Source: Octopus bimaculoides (Eukaryota). Taken from it: a stretch of DNA of 64,000 nucleotides. Numbering within the stretch: the stretch's first letter is position 1; every line of letters starts with the position of its first letter. The notes below the pieces were generated by a model. The model was not told the origin of the DNA. It searched no databases and was given only the letters and a program-made list of their open reading frames with translations. Below, in pieces: positions 22,791-34,532 of this stretch. The DNA lies in contig NC_068987.1 of assembly GCF_001194135.2 (NCBI RefSeq), positions 46,164,864 through 46,228,863 on the forward strand. Reading direction: 5' to 3'. Position numbers and translations under genes: made by a program.

Positions 22791-23754
22791 TGATAGTTAA
22801 AGTGCTATCAGAATTAATAAAACCTGATATATGACATTGACTTGGCAATGAATACTATAGGTCACGTCTGTTCAAATTGACAAGGTGGTTAAAATTTAAA
22901 AAAAAAAATAAACCCCAGTAGATATCATAAATGAAAGTTAGTAAATGAAAACCTAAGTACTTTGATAACATAAGTTTTGAATTTACTAATTTTGATAGAC
23001 ATCTTGATCCCTTTCTTAACCAAAATGTAACCTGGAAGAAAATCGTAAAACTATAAAGGTACAAGAAACTTAAAAAAGAAATTTAAAATTTAGAATATGA
23101 AATTAAAGATGGGTTAATAATAATGTTACGCTCGCTGTGATTAAAAAAAAGGAGCATAAAGAAAAATATAAACATATTATTAGGTTGCCCGATTTTTATA
23201 CACGATCTAAAATGTGGCTTTATACATATTTTAAGCAAAACACTTAAAATTTAGTAACAAAGCTCACACAAAACAGACAGTAAGCAATCACCTGATACTA
23301 TAAACCCAAATCACACAAAACAGTTTTATTACACAATTGTCATCGCTACTCCTATTCGAACATAAGTCATGCAATGCATTTTCTCCACAGGGTCGTGTTA
23401 TACACAACACAAGGCGTTCGCCTTAAGAGTTAAAGCCTGGTGACACTTCACAAATTCTGTATAACATTATTTCTTATTATATTTCTTCATTCAACAAAAA
23501 TACAGAGAGGAAGAGAGCTCACTTACAGAGCAGAAGTGATTGGAGGACGGATTTGGGGAAGAAAGGGATCACCTGTTATACAATTCGGCGTTAAACATTT
23601 AACTTGCCAAATAAACAGATTTATTAGCGATAGTTATGAAAATAATACTATAGATTCCTGACGTGCTAGTTGATGGTAAATTTTCAACTGCGTTTTCCAG
23701 CTTGTTTGAAGGTCATTGCAAGAGGAATTTGCAGATAATATCACGAGAAAGGTG

Positions 23755-23852
23755 GTCGAAAAATAAGTACCAGCTAAATACTGGAGTCGATGTAATCGAT
23801 TTAACCCCCACCCACTCCTAAAATTGCTGGCTTCGTGCTAAACTTTGACACT

Positions 23853-23901
<49 letters not shown>

Positions 23902-24115
23902 CCAAGGCGGCGAGCTGGCAGAATTGTTAGCACGCCGGGCAAAATGCTTAGCGCTATTGCATCCGTCTTTATGTTCTAAGTTCACATTCCAACGAAGTTG
24001 ACTTTTATCCTTTCGGGTTCTGTATCCTAAATACCAGTCGAACACTGGGGCTGAAGTAATCGGCTTACTCCCGCCCCCGAAATTGCAAGCCCTGTGCTAA
24101 AATTCCAAATCATCG

Positions 24116-24172
<57 letters not shown>

Positions 24173-24385
24173 AGGTGGTGAGCTAGCAGCAACGCGAGCA
24201 CACCGGAAAAAATGTTTTGCAGGACACGTCTATCTGTACATTTCAAGTTCAAATTCCACCGAGGTGAAGTTTGTCTTTCATCTTTTCGGAGTCGATAAAA
24301 TAAGTTCTAGTTAAGCCCTGCAGTCAATGTATTCGACTCACCCACTCCCCTAAAACTGCTGGCCTTGTGTCAAAATTTGAAATCA
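23755..24385 (+). mobile_element. Three head-to-tail SINE B copies separated by (CAT)n
   Basis: Heads AAGGCGGCGAGCTGGCAGAA near 23903 and AAGGTGGTGAGCTAGCAG near 24172, each directly after a (CAT)n run. Confidence 0.85.
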
Positions 24386-24414
24386 TAATTAATAAGAATA
24401 ATGATAATAATATT

Positions 24415-24510
24415 TTTGGCACAAGGCCAAACTCAGAACGTGAAGAAGGACGAAATACCGCTAAGCATTTAACCCGACATGCTAACGATTCTGTCAGCTC
24501 ACCATCTTAA
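24415..24510 (-). mobile_element. Internally deleted SINE B
   Basis: TTTGGCACAAGGCC tail joined to AAACTCAGAACG..TCAGCTCACCATCTT head. Confidence 0.65.
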
Positions 24511-25389
24511 GAAGAAGAAGGAGGAGGAGGAGGAGGAGGAGGAGGAGGNNNNNNNNNNNNNNNNNNNNNNNNNNNNNNNNNNNNNNNNNNNNNNNNNNNN
24601 NNNNNNNNNNNNNNNNNNNNNNNNNNNNNNNNNNNNNNNNNNNNNNNNNNNNNNNNNNNNNNNNNNNNNNNNNNNNNNNNNNNNNNNNNNNNNNNNNNNN
24701 NNNNNNNNNNNNNNNNNNNNNNNNNNNNNNNNNNNNNNNNNNNNNNNNNNNNNNNNNNNNNNNNNNNNNNNNNNNNNNNNNNNNNNNNNNNNNNNNNNNN
24801 NNNNNNNNNNNNNNNNNNNNNNNNNNNNNNNNNNNNNNNNNNNNNNNNNNNNNNNNNNNNNNNNNNNNNNNNNNNNNNNNNNNNNNNNNNNNNNNNNNNN
24901 NNNNNNNNNNNNNNNNNNNNNNNNNNNNNNNNNNNNNNNNNNNNNNNNNNNNNNNNNNNNNNNNNNNNNNNNNNNNNNNNNNNNNNNNNNNNNNNNNNNN
25001 NNNNNNNNNNNNNNNNNNNNNNNNNNNNNNNNNNNNNNNNNNNNNNNNNNNNNNNNNNNNNNNNNNNNNNNNNNNNNNNNNNNNNNNNNNNNNNNNNNNN
25101 NNNNNNNNNNNNNNNNNNNNNNNNNNNNNNNNNNNNNNNNNNNNNNNNNNNNNNNNNNNNNNNNNNNNNNNNNNNNNNNNNNNNNNNNNNNNNNNNNNNN
25201 NNNNNNNNNNNNNNNNNNNNNNNNNNNNNNNNNNNNNNNNNNNNNNNNNNNNNNNNNNNNNNNNNNNNNNNNNNNNNNNNNNNNNNNNNNNNNNNNNNNN
25301 NNNNNNNNNNNNTTAACTTGGAAAAATTCCATTAACTGTAATTATCATTTACCATCACAGCCAGAAGACATGATGGTAAATAATAATTA

Positions 25390-26050
25390 GACAAGTCCTA
25401 TGATTATTGTGGACAAAGAAAAAAAAATAGTGTAAAATCCATAGACTTTTCAATACCATAAAATAGAGTATCTAATAAAGAAATCGAGAAATATAGGCAC
25501 AGGCGTGGCTGTGTGGTTAGAAGCTTGCTTCCCAACCACATGACTCTGGGTTCAGTCTCACTGCGTGACACATTTGGCATGTGTCTTCTACTGTAGCCTC
25601 GAGCCGACCAAAGCCTTGTGAATGGATTTGGTAGATGGAAACTGAAAGAAGCTTAGCATTTGTATGTGTGTGTTTGTGTCTGCATTTGTACCCCACCACT
25701 GCTTGACAACAGGTGATGGTGTTTTACGTCCCCGTAATTAACGGTGCGACAAAAGTGATCGATAGAATGAGTACCAGGCTTAAGAAACAAATGTACTGGG
25801 ATCGTTTCATTCAACTAAAAATTTCTCAAGGCGGTATCCCAGCATGGCCACAGTCTGGTGACAGAAACATGATAAAAGATAAAATATAAAATATGGGGAC
25901 CTAGCAAGAAAGATAAGAGGTTGCAAAAGACAAAATTAACAATTGTTCTTGTGGTAATTGATGCAATGGGCACAACACCCAGAATGCTAACGGAAAGTCT
26001 GAAGGAAACTGGAATTGAAACTAGCATTGTCGACCTGAAGAAATGTGCCA
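25390..26050 (+). mobile_element. R4/Dong RLE-domain fragment interrupted by a SINE A
   Basis: IIVDKEKK..FSIP..SNKEIEK, then the SINE, then KYGDLAR..LVVIDAMGTTP..DLKKCAIL. Confidence 0.65.
25495..25883 (+). mobile_element. Full-length SINE A
   Basis: AGGCACAGGCGTGGCTGTGTGGTTAG head through CCCAGCATGGCCACAGTC..ACAGAAAC..ATAAAAGA tail. Confidence 0.9.
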
Positions 26051-26059
26051 TCCTACATT

Positions 26060-26520
26060 CTGACAGATATGTTGTCAACTAACAGCGAGACAACATCTCT
26101 GCGACCATGAGATAGAGAATAGGAAGCTGGACATAGTTTTAATTGAGAAAGGAAACAAACTATGCTGGGTCATAGATATAGCATGCCCAGCTAAGAACAA
26201 GGTATGCGATAAGGAAAAAAGAAAAGTTGAGAGATATGATGGGTTAGCGTGGGAAGTTAAGTAGTTGTGGTCGATGAAAAAGGTAGCAGTAGTACCAATA
26301 ATTGTCAGAGCCCTGGAAACAGTGAGCAAAAATCTCGAGAAGTACGTGAAACAAATAGGGGCTGCAATAAGGGTGGAGCAATTGCAGAAAACAGCACTGC
26401 TTGGAACCGCTCGAATACTCCGGAAGGTGCTCGAAAAATAAGAGGTGTTACCTTAGTTCACTGGTAGTGAACAGCTGACACTGTAGTGCATCTCCAGCGT
26501 TGGAAGCTGTGCAAAGGCAA
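26060..26520 (+). mobile_element. R4/Dong 3' end of a second family, ending in (TAA)n
   Basis: DHEIENRKLDIV..IDIACP..KVERYDGL..VPIIVRALETV..LQKTALLGTARILRKVLEK*; TAA run at 26521-26540. Confidence 0.9.
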
Positions 26521-26540
26521 TAATAATAATAATAATAATA

Positions 26541-26833
26541 TTCTCCAAATATTCCTATCTAGTTACTTAATGAAAAGACCACTTTGCCATGAGGCTAGCA
26601 GTACAACGCCGAAGAAAGTTAAACATTTTTTCTTCCTCTTTTCTTTTCTTGTTTTTTTTTTCTGTTTATCTTCTCCAAATATTCCTATTTGCCATGAGAC
26701 TAGCAGTACAACGCCAAAGAAAGTTAGTTAAACATTTCTTCTTCCTTTTTTTCTTTTGCTTTTTTCTTTTGTTTATCTTTTCCAAATATTCCTGTCCAGC
26801 TACTGTAATGAAAAGACCGCTTTGCCATGAGGC
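26541..26833 (+). repeat. Imperfect tandem triplication, unit about 120 bp
   Basis: TT(C/T)TCCAAATATTCCT..TTTGCCATGAG occurs three times; CTAGCAGTACAACGCC occurs twice. Confidence 0.85.
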
Positions 26834-26899
26834 CGATGCGAAAACCACCACATCTTCCCCGTATTCAAACTGGGAGTGAGGCAATTATTTTTTCTTTTT

Positions 26900-27570
26900 T
26901 ATTTTTTCCTTCGGTTAGGACGTAGGTGACTAAACCGGTAACCCCGCAGAGCTTGCTCTGTGAGGAGGGTGTATGGTTCTTGCTATTTTGACACCCTACA
27001 AGAAGAAGAACAAACCTATATACAGGCTAATGAACACTTACGAGGCAACGGCCACCAAAATAGCATATACCTAAGAAACAGAAGCAGTTATAACGCTTGA
27101 AGACCCCTTCTAGGAGAAGGAAACTCCAAAAATTAAACCAGGATTACAGGAATCCTATATCCTAGGGTGAAGATCCTGTCAGTGATGGTGTCACGGGAAA
27201 AAATACTGGTGGTTGCTGAAATGTCAAATAAAAATAGAAGTGAGAACAGCGTGAAAGAAATTGAGAGTTTGACGGCAACCGTGCAGATGATTAGCAAAGA
27301 TATTGGCATAGAATTTGGGATCGAGAAATGTGGTGTAATGATTCTCAAAACGGGGGAAAATCAGTGAAAGTCATAGGATCAAGCTGGAAAGTGGTGAAAC
27401 TATAAAGGAAGTCGGAGAGGAATGATATAAGTACCTGGGTATCATTGAAAGAGATAAGATGACTGAACACATGATGAAAGAAATGTAGAGTATTTGAGGA
27501 AAACTCGGCTTATGCTCCAATCGAAGTTAAATGGCCGCTATAAAATTAGAGCAATTAATACGTGATTTGT
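26900..27570 (+). mobile_element. R4/Dong-type RT fragment with a putative 5' UTR joined on (internally deleted copy)
   Basis: KEIESLTATVQMISKDIGIEFGIEKCG, YKYLGIIE, LQSKLNGRYKIRAINT. The upstream 340 bp is structured and non-coding. Confidence 0.7.
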
Positions 27571-27727
27571 TATTGCCAGCTTTCAAGTAAAAAATAAGCG
27601 GTAATTAAGAACTATCGGAGAGTCTTTCAGAATAGCAACAACAACAACAACACAACAACAACAACAACAACAATAATAATAACAATAATAATAATAACAA
27701 TAATAATAATGATAATAATAATAATAA

Positions 27728-28242
27728 GATCTTAACTGATTGGAAGTGTTATCATGTACATTGTTTTGTCTTATTATAAATGATCGGTTATAGCAAATAT
27801 TCTGCTCAATACCACAGATTTGCTTGTCGGTTGTTTGACCTTAACCAGTTGAGCATGTCCCTTGGTGGCTGGCGATACGTGCATCTCTGATCACGAGCAG
27901 AAGTAGTGGGGAAGCTTCATAGCCATGTGTTGAGAGGAATTCCTTGGGGTTTGGATAATTCATCTTTTGAAACATGGGTGTTTTATTCAGCATCCTTAAA
28001 CAACCCTTATTCAGGGACCTTTTGAACGGGATGAGCTACTCGACCCGAAGAAAATTCTAATTGGGCTCCACCTGCAAGGTCATGCGCTGTTTATCCTGAT
28101 ATGAGATCACCATGTCACGCACATATGATTGTGATGCATGCGCTTGGTGTACCCTTATCAGACGGATAGTCATGATGGGTATAGTGGGCTTCGTATATTT
28201 TAACCTAGTGTCACTTTGATGGCATGCACTTCTCTCTCACTC
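27728..28242 (-). mobile_element. ~515-bp non-coding interspersed element between (TAA)n arrays
   Basis: Complex non-coding block bounded by TAA/CAA repeats on both sides. It resembles a common octopus repeat from memory; not verified. Confidence 0.5.
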
Positions 28243-28261
28243 AATAACAATAATAGTAATG

Positions 28262-28344
<83 letters not shown>

Positions 28345-28347
<3 letters not shown>

Positions 28348-28541
28348 CCTTTCCTAAAGGCACAAGGCTTGAAATATTTTGTTGGTGTGTGGGGTGACTA
28401 GTTGATTACATCGACCCACTGGTACTTAATTTATCGACCTCGAAGGGTAGAACAGTAAAGTTGACCTTGGCAGAATTTGGACTCAGAAAGTAAAGATGGA
28501 CAAAATGCCGCTAAGCATATAATAATAATAATAATAATACA

Positions 28542-28597
<56 letters not shown>

Positions 28598-28601
28598 TAT
28601 A

Positions 28602-28651
<50 letters not shown>

Positions 28652-28800
28652 AGGTATCAAATTTTGGCACAGGGCCAGCAATTTAAGGGGAGTGTATTAG
28701 TCGATACCATCGACTCCAGTGCCTGTCTGATATCTTTTTTTATCGACCCCGAAAGATTGAAAGGTAAAGTTAACATCGGCAGGTTTTGAACACTGCCAGA
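28345..28800 (-). mobile_element. Two SINE B copies separated by (TAA)n(TGA)n
   Basis: GGCACAAGGC / GGCACAGGGCC tails and ATCGACC..GAAAGGTAAAGTT bodies. Confidence 0.75.
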
Positions 28801-30228
28801 CATTTTTTATATGTTCAAACGATTCTTCCAATTTTCCACTACGAATTTATAGCGGCAAGAGTATGAAGGATTAAAGTTGATTTAGATTTATACAAGAGGG
28901 AGTATAGTCGATTAATATGACCACAGAATATTGCTTGTCTTGGTTCTATCAACCTCAGCTGCAGCCATAGAGCTTTCTTATATTAGTAGAATGTCACCAG
29001 TGTGCGATTGGTCGGGGGAGGAAATGAAGCAAATTGGCGGAATGGTTAGAGAATTTTGGAGTGAATACCTTGTGTTATTTTTTCTTCTATGCGCTCTGAT
29101 TTCAAATCCTGCTAAAGTCAACTTTTAGTTACATCCTTCTGGAATCATTAAGTTGAATACTAGTCAGGTAGTAGGGTCGAGTCTTCTTTTCTGTGTGTGT
29201 GTCGGAATTAATTATATCTTGCCGTGGAAAGCATCTCGTTCGCCAGAAATTGAAAATGTTGAGTGAGGTGCTAAGCAACGTCTTGTCATAGCGAAAAAAA
29301 CTTCTGTGCTATTGAAAATTACCCAAGGCCATCCCTATATACAACACAGCATGTAAAAGTAATAATCTACTTGCATGATAACTACAATTTGTCTTATAAT
29401 GATCAAGCGGTAAACTATGCTGATGTGCTCACCGTGTAGTTAAACACTATGCGATAAAATACTGTGAAGACTGCAATTTATAGATAATAGTGTCTTGGAT
29501 TGCGATATCATTTTCATGAAACCAGTTCCAAAACTTTTGAATGGGATCATTCTCTGTTTCAGCAGTATATTGCAGAATTTGGTCACGAATGCTTCCATAA
29601 TGTCATATCTTCCACGTTGGATAAATGATTCTCAAGATCCCTTCTCACAGCCAGATCGTATATTTAATGGACATCCAAAGCTAATAGATTTTAGCTGGCC
29701 CTCTCAATGCGTATGAATATATGTACATATGTATTTTACATCGCAGTATGGACAGACTTCGAGTAAGTATTTGTGACAAATATTACAATTCTAATATTAG
29801 ATATGTTCGTTTGCTAAAGCGCAAAAACTTTTCTGTTTCTGAATTTGAAAACATTCTTGGATTAAAACTGGTTCAAAATCTACACACACACACACACACA
29901 CAGCTCAAAAAATGATAATGCGAACAATGTTGGCATTATTTTATAAATCAGACATTGAGGAGGTGAAGTATAATATATGATTTACACAACTACGACCGCA
30001 GATCAGCAAACACCTCTCACACTTCTACAATTCGCACGCACGTACACACATACACACATACACTCGCACACACACGCATACATACACGAGAGAATTACTA
30101 GAGTACTTCATTATATAAAAGTTTCACTACAAAAATAAGCATTCTAGAAAATTTCAAATGGTTCGGGATCGCTTTTCTGTCTTTTTTAATGCTCTTTTCT
30201 CTTGGTTCCAGATTGCAACCATAAACCA

Positions 30229-30282
<54 letters not shown>

Positions 30283-30483
30283 CTGNNNNNNNNNNNNNNN
30301 NNNNNNNNNNNNNNNNNNNNNNNNNNNNNNNNNNNNNNNNNNNNNNNNNNNNNNNNNNNNNNNNNNNNNNNNNNNNNNNNNNNNNNNNNNNNNNNNNNNN
30401 NNNNNNNNNNNNNNNNNNNNNNNNNNNNNNNNNNNNNNNNNNNNNNNNNNNNNNNNNNNNNNNNNNNNNNNNNNNNNNNNNNN

Positions 30484-31190
30484 ATTTTATATCTTCAAAT
30501 TCCCGCATGCGCATTGCTTGTTTTTTATTTTGTCGACTACACAGTATAGTAGGATGTCAGCTGGCCACGGTCTGTGCGAAAAACAGCACCATGGCGCAGT
30601 TCACTCTGCCAGAAATTTGGAAACGGCATGCTATACTGCATCCACGCTGGAAGCTTTGATATGAACATTTCAGAGTGTTTGGGTGTCAATCTGAGGACAC
30701 TGCAGAGAATTCGGAAAGAGTTAGATGAGTCTAATGGTGCTTACGAAGGTATGGCAGCTCGGAAAACTCACTCTGATCGTTCTGATAAGAAAAGAACTCC
30801 TCCAAGTCAATCGAGTCCATCACCAAGGACATGGGAGTGTCTGAGTTTCTTATCATCAGGCAGATAGTGCATGAAGACATTCGGTATACTTCATACAAGA
30901 TGAGAAAGGACCAATTTTTATCCCAAACCATCAAGGACAAGAAGAAAGACCGCACAACGAAGCTTTTGAACAAACACAAGCATCCCCTCCAACCGAACAT
31001 GCTTTGTTTTTTTCTCAGGCGAGAAAACTTTCTGCCAGGATCAGATGATGAACACGCAGAACAACGTTGGCTTGCCATGTAACTAGAGTGATAAAAGTCA
31101 TCCAGTCAGCATCATGGTGTTTGGAGTTATCATTAGTGATGGCGACGTTATACTTCCATTCATCTTCTCACACAGCCTCACACTCAACAA
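30484..31190 (+). mobile_element. maT-type (DD37D family) transposase remnant, 3'-truncated
   Basis: ATG at 30591 MAQFTLPEIWKRHAIL; GVNLRTLQRIRKEL; HEDIRYTSYK; KHPLQPNML; HPVSIMVFGVI. The family call is from recognition, since the later catalytic residues are missing. Confidence 0.75.
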
Positions 31191-31394
31191 GTAGTAAATC
31201 AAATACCATACAACATATATTCTTTATTCATTAACCTTAACTTCACCTACGGAGGATGTATCACAATTACCAAAAGCCAACTGAGACGAGTTCCATATGA
31301 GAAGGGGAGGTAATTAGAAGAATTTTGTGAATTTTCCGAAGTTCATGTACTATTAGAGAAAAAGATGAGCTTATTAACTTGAGATAAGAGGACA

Positions 31395-31444
<50 letters not shown>

Positions 31445-31454
31445 GTGTGTGTGT

Positions 31455-31567
31455 GAAGATGTTTAAGCAAAATTAGATAGGCATGAAATCAGTGTGAGGA
31501 TAACTGCAATTCTTAAAATTCAACTTCTAATCAGAGTAAGAATTCATTATGCGTAATGATATTGACT
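31455..31567 (+). repeat. 113-bp direct repeat, partner at 33231-33343
   Basis: GA(A/G)GATGTTTA..AAATTAGATAGGCATGAAATCAGTGTGAGGATAACTG..CATTATGCGTAAT, about 90% identical. Confidence 0.9.
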
Positions 31568-32539
31568 ATTTGATGGATGTGTCGAAACAGCTGTAAAGGT
31601 TTCATGATATCTGGTAATAGTACGTAGCAACCTATGCAATTATATTCGTACGTCTATTATTGTTTGGCATCTGTATAGAAATTCGGTCAAACTTTTCTTT
31701 CTTTTACACACACGCACACACACACAAACACACACACACACATACACACACACACACGCGCATACACACACATACACACATACACATACACACACACGTA
31801 TGTATGTTTGTGTACTTAAGAAAGCGAGATATACACTATGTTCATAGTATTTTTTACAGTATCGTCTCCTCACGACAATACGTAGTGTTTGCCGCCACAA
31901 AACAATGATCCCGTTGATAATGTCTTTGAACAAAGACAAATAAAAAAAACGTAAAAGGGGTAAATCAATCGACCTGAAGCTTAAGACGACAACGATTTTG
32001 AGTAAATATAATTTAGACTAAAAGAACAACAACGGAGAAAATATTTGTTAAAAAGGGAAGGGTTAAATGATAATAGAGAATAACTATAGCATTGATAAAT
32101 AGATACAGTGTAATAACTGAGCTAAAAGAAACATCGATAACAGCTATTTAAAGGGATGATGTGGAGATAACAGACAATAGCAATAAGAACAATGTAACAA
32201 TGTGATGAAAAGATAACGAAGGAAAACATTATAGATACAATGAGATAAAAGCAGCTAAAAGTAACATCGATAACAATTATATAAAGGTCTGATTTTGAGA
32301 TAATAGACATCATCAATTAGGACAATCTTGCAATGAGATAAAAAGTGATAACAGAATGGTGGTGAAGGATCTAAAAATGACAACTCTAATACTAAGATAC
32401 TGAGAGATGGAACATGACAGAAATATGATCAAATTCTTTGTACAGATGTTGGATCTTATAGCAATATTTCATGAGGAGTAATATAACAAGGGAAAGATTC
32501 GTATACCAAGCGTTTAATAAATATAACAAGATACAAACT

Positions 32540-32867
32540 CTGTTGTGTCTGGGGAGAGTCATTTTCTTATTGTGCCTTAAAATTTAACACACTCACCAGT
32601 AAAATTTCCACTTATTTTTATTTTTATTTTCCTAAAATTTTCGTTGCGTCTTGCAACCTTATCAATAGTTTTGACTAAGACTATTGAAAAGGTTGCAAGA
32701 CGCAACAAAAATTTTAGGAAAATAAAAAGAAAAATAAGTGGAAATTTTACCGGTGAGTGTGTTAACTTTTAAGGCACAATAAGAAAATGACTCTCCCCAG
32801 ACACAACAGAATATGCTTCAACACACGAAATCACATAAAAAATCTTGCAAACCAAATCCAAAAACGA
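32540..32867. mobile_element. Fold-back element (arms ~132 bp, 32539-32810, plus 57-bp asymmetric tail) with 12-bp TSD
   Basis: Near-perfect palindrome centred near 32674; AAGATACAAACT at 32528-32539 and 32868-32879. Confidence 0.9.
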
Positions 32868-33195
32868 AAGATACAAACTGATAACACTTTATTTCCATTA
32901 AAAATAATAAGGATTCATTGATTATAAGAATATTCAACTCCTGTCAAATATAACAAGATATGAAACTTACAACACCTTAGTTCTAGTGAATATAATAAAG
33001 ACAACATTAAATGTAACAACGATACTCAACGCATGTTAAAACATAAGATTTTAAACTTATAGCACTTCAGTTCCTTTAGATATAATAAACTAAACTCTTG
33101 TTAAACGTAACAAACTGTACATCGAACCGCTATTTACTACAAGGTGTAAATTGATAATAACTCATGTTAAATATAACAAGGTATACATGTCTAGA

Positions 33196-33233
<38 letters not shown>

Positions 33234-34359
33234 GATGTTTACGCAAAATTAGATAGGCATGAAATCAGTGTGAGGATAACTGTAATTCTTAAAATACAAC
33301 TTCTAATCAGAGTAGGAATTCATTATGCGTAATAATATTCACTGACTTCATATAACAAGGAGCTACTACTGTAACAACCAATATACGTTAAATCTAACAA
33401 TGGATGAATGCTCACTCATGCTACAGGATAAATAAATAATTCTATAGCGAACTAACGATCTCCGTGATAACATCTATAATTTTTTAATTCCGAAGGTAAT
33501 GTAAATCCATTGAAGGGATGAGTGGCTGGAGTAACTCTGACCACAGGTAGCTCTACTGGGACAGGGATTCACTCAGAGGTTAAACACAACCAACACCGCG
33601 CCCACCACCATCGCCAACAGCAACAGTCAATGACTAAGATGTTCTAGTACCACTTATCTAGACAGTGTATGTCTGCAGGTATAAGCTAATGGTTTTCTTT
33701 TCTAAGATTTTTGTCTTATTAATTAGGGTGTGATTTCAGAGACAACAAAGAGGGGTTCAAAGGTTAGCCAGATCTGTTTGGTGTCGCATGGCCAAAAATT
33801 ACCGTGAATTTTTTAGAGACACTTTCAAATTTATCAGAATATCGGACTGAAGATTTGGAATAGGGAAATTTTCATTCTCTTAACCATGAAACGATCGTAT
33901 CCGATTAACTAAAGACTTGTTTTGTTTATGCTTTCCCCTCCGGTTTTTTGTTCTATGTGTGCCGTAAATATCGCCATCCATTTAGAGAAAAATTTGTAGT
34001 TTAGAATCAGTAGTTCTTTGACTGCTATTTCTAAATTTTCAGTATGTTGGAGAAGCAACTCAATGCTAATCCCTGTATATTTATGATGATAAATGGTTTT
34101 ACCGATAAAGGTTTTTTNNNNNNNNNNNNNNNNNNNNNNNNNNNNNNNNNNNNNATATGCATATATATGTACATGTATGTACATACCTTCATCTACATGT
34201 ACATATAGATACATATCTGGGTACATGACGCTGCAAAAGAACATGGACAAAATGATAAACAAGGTACAACAAACAAGCAGGCCACATAGAGAACATATCC
34301 TTCATCAGCTGCCACCATTAAAACACCGGCGTTTCGAAGAGTTAGGGCAGGACGCATCG

Positions 34360-34408
<49 letters not shown>

Positions 34409-34415
34409 ACACACT

Positions 34416-34532
34416 AATATCGAACAATGAGAATGAGTGTTATCAACACACCAGTGGATAGATGTCTTTCTTTATTTTAGGTTAAAAAGACTACCATAGT
34501 TCATTTATGTACATTTACAGCCAAATGATATA
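34416..34532 (+). repeat. ~117-bp direct repeat, partner at 36194-36311
   Basis: AATATCGAAC..TGAGAATGAGTG..TTCATTTATGTACATTTACAGCCAAATGATATA; both copies follow (CA)n. Confidence 0.9.

Noticed and set aside
26800-26890. TTCCCCG loop suggesting an HDV-like L3
   Set aside because: The flanking P3 and P1 helices do not pair.
29170-29640. Stop-poor minus-strand frame with PIQKFWNWFHE, HECT-like at a glance
   Set aside because: Four stops and no other HECT motifs; it is partly the antisense shadow of the plus-strand open frame.
33510-33650. 41-codon His/Gln-rich frame VAGVTLTTG..HHHRQQQQSMTKMF
   Set aside because: Short, no consistent splice sites, and composition explained by CAC/CAA-rich sequence.
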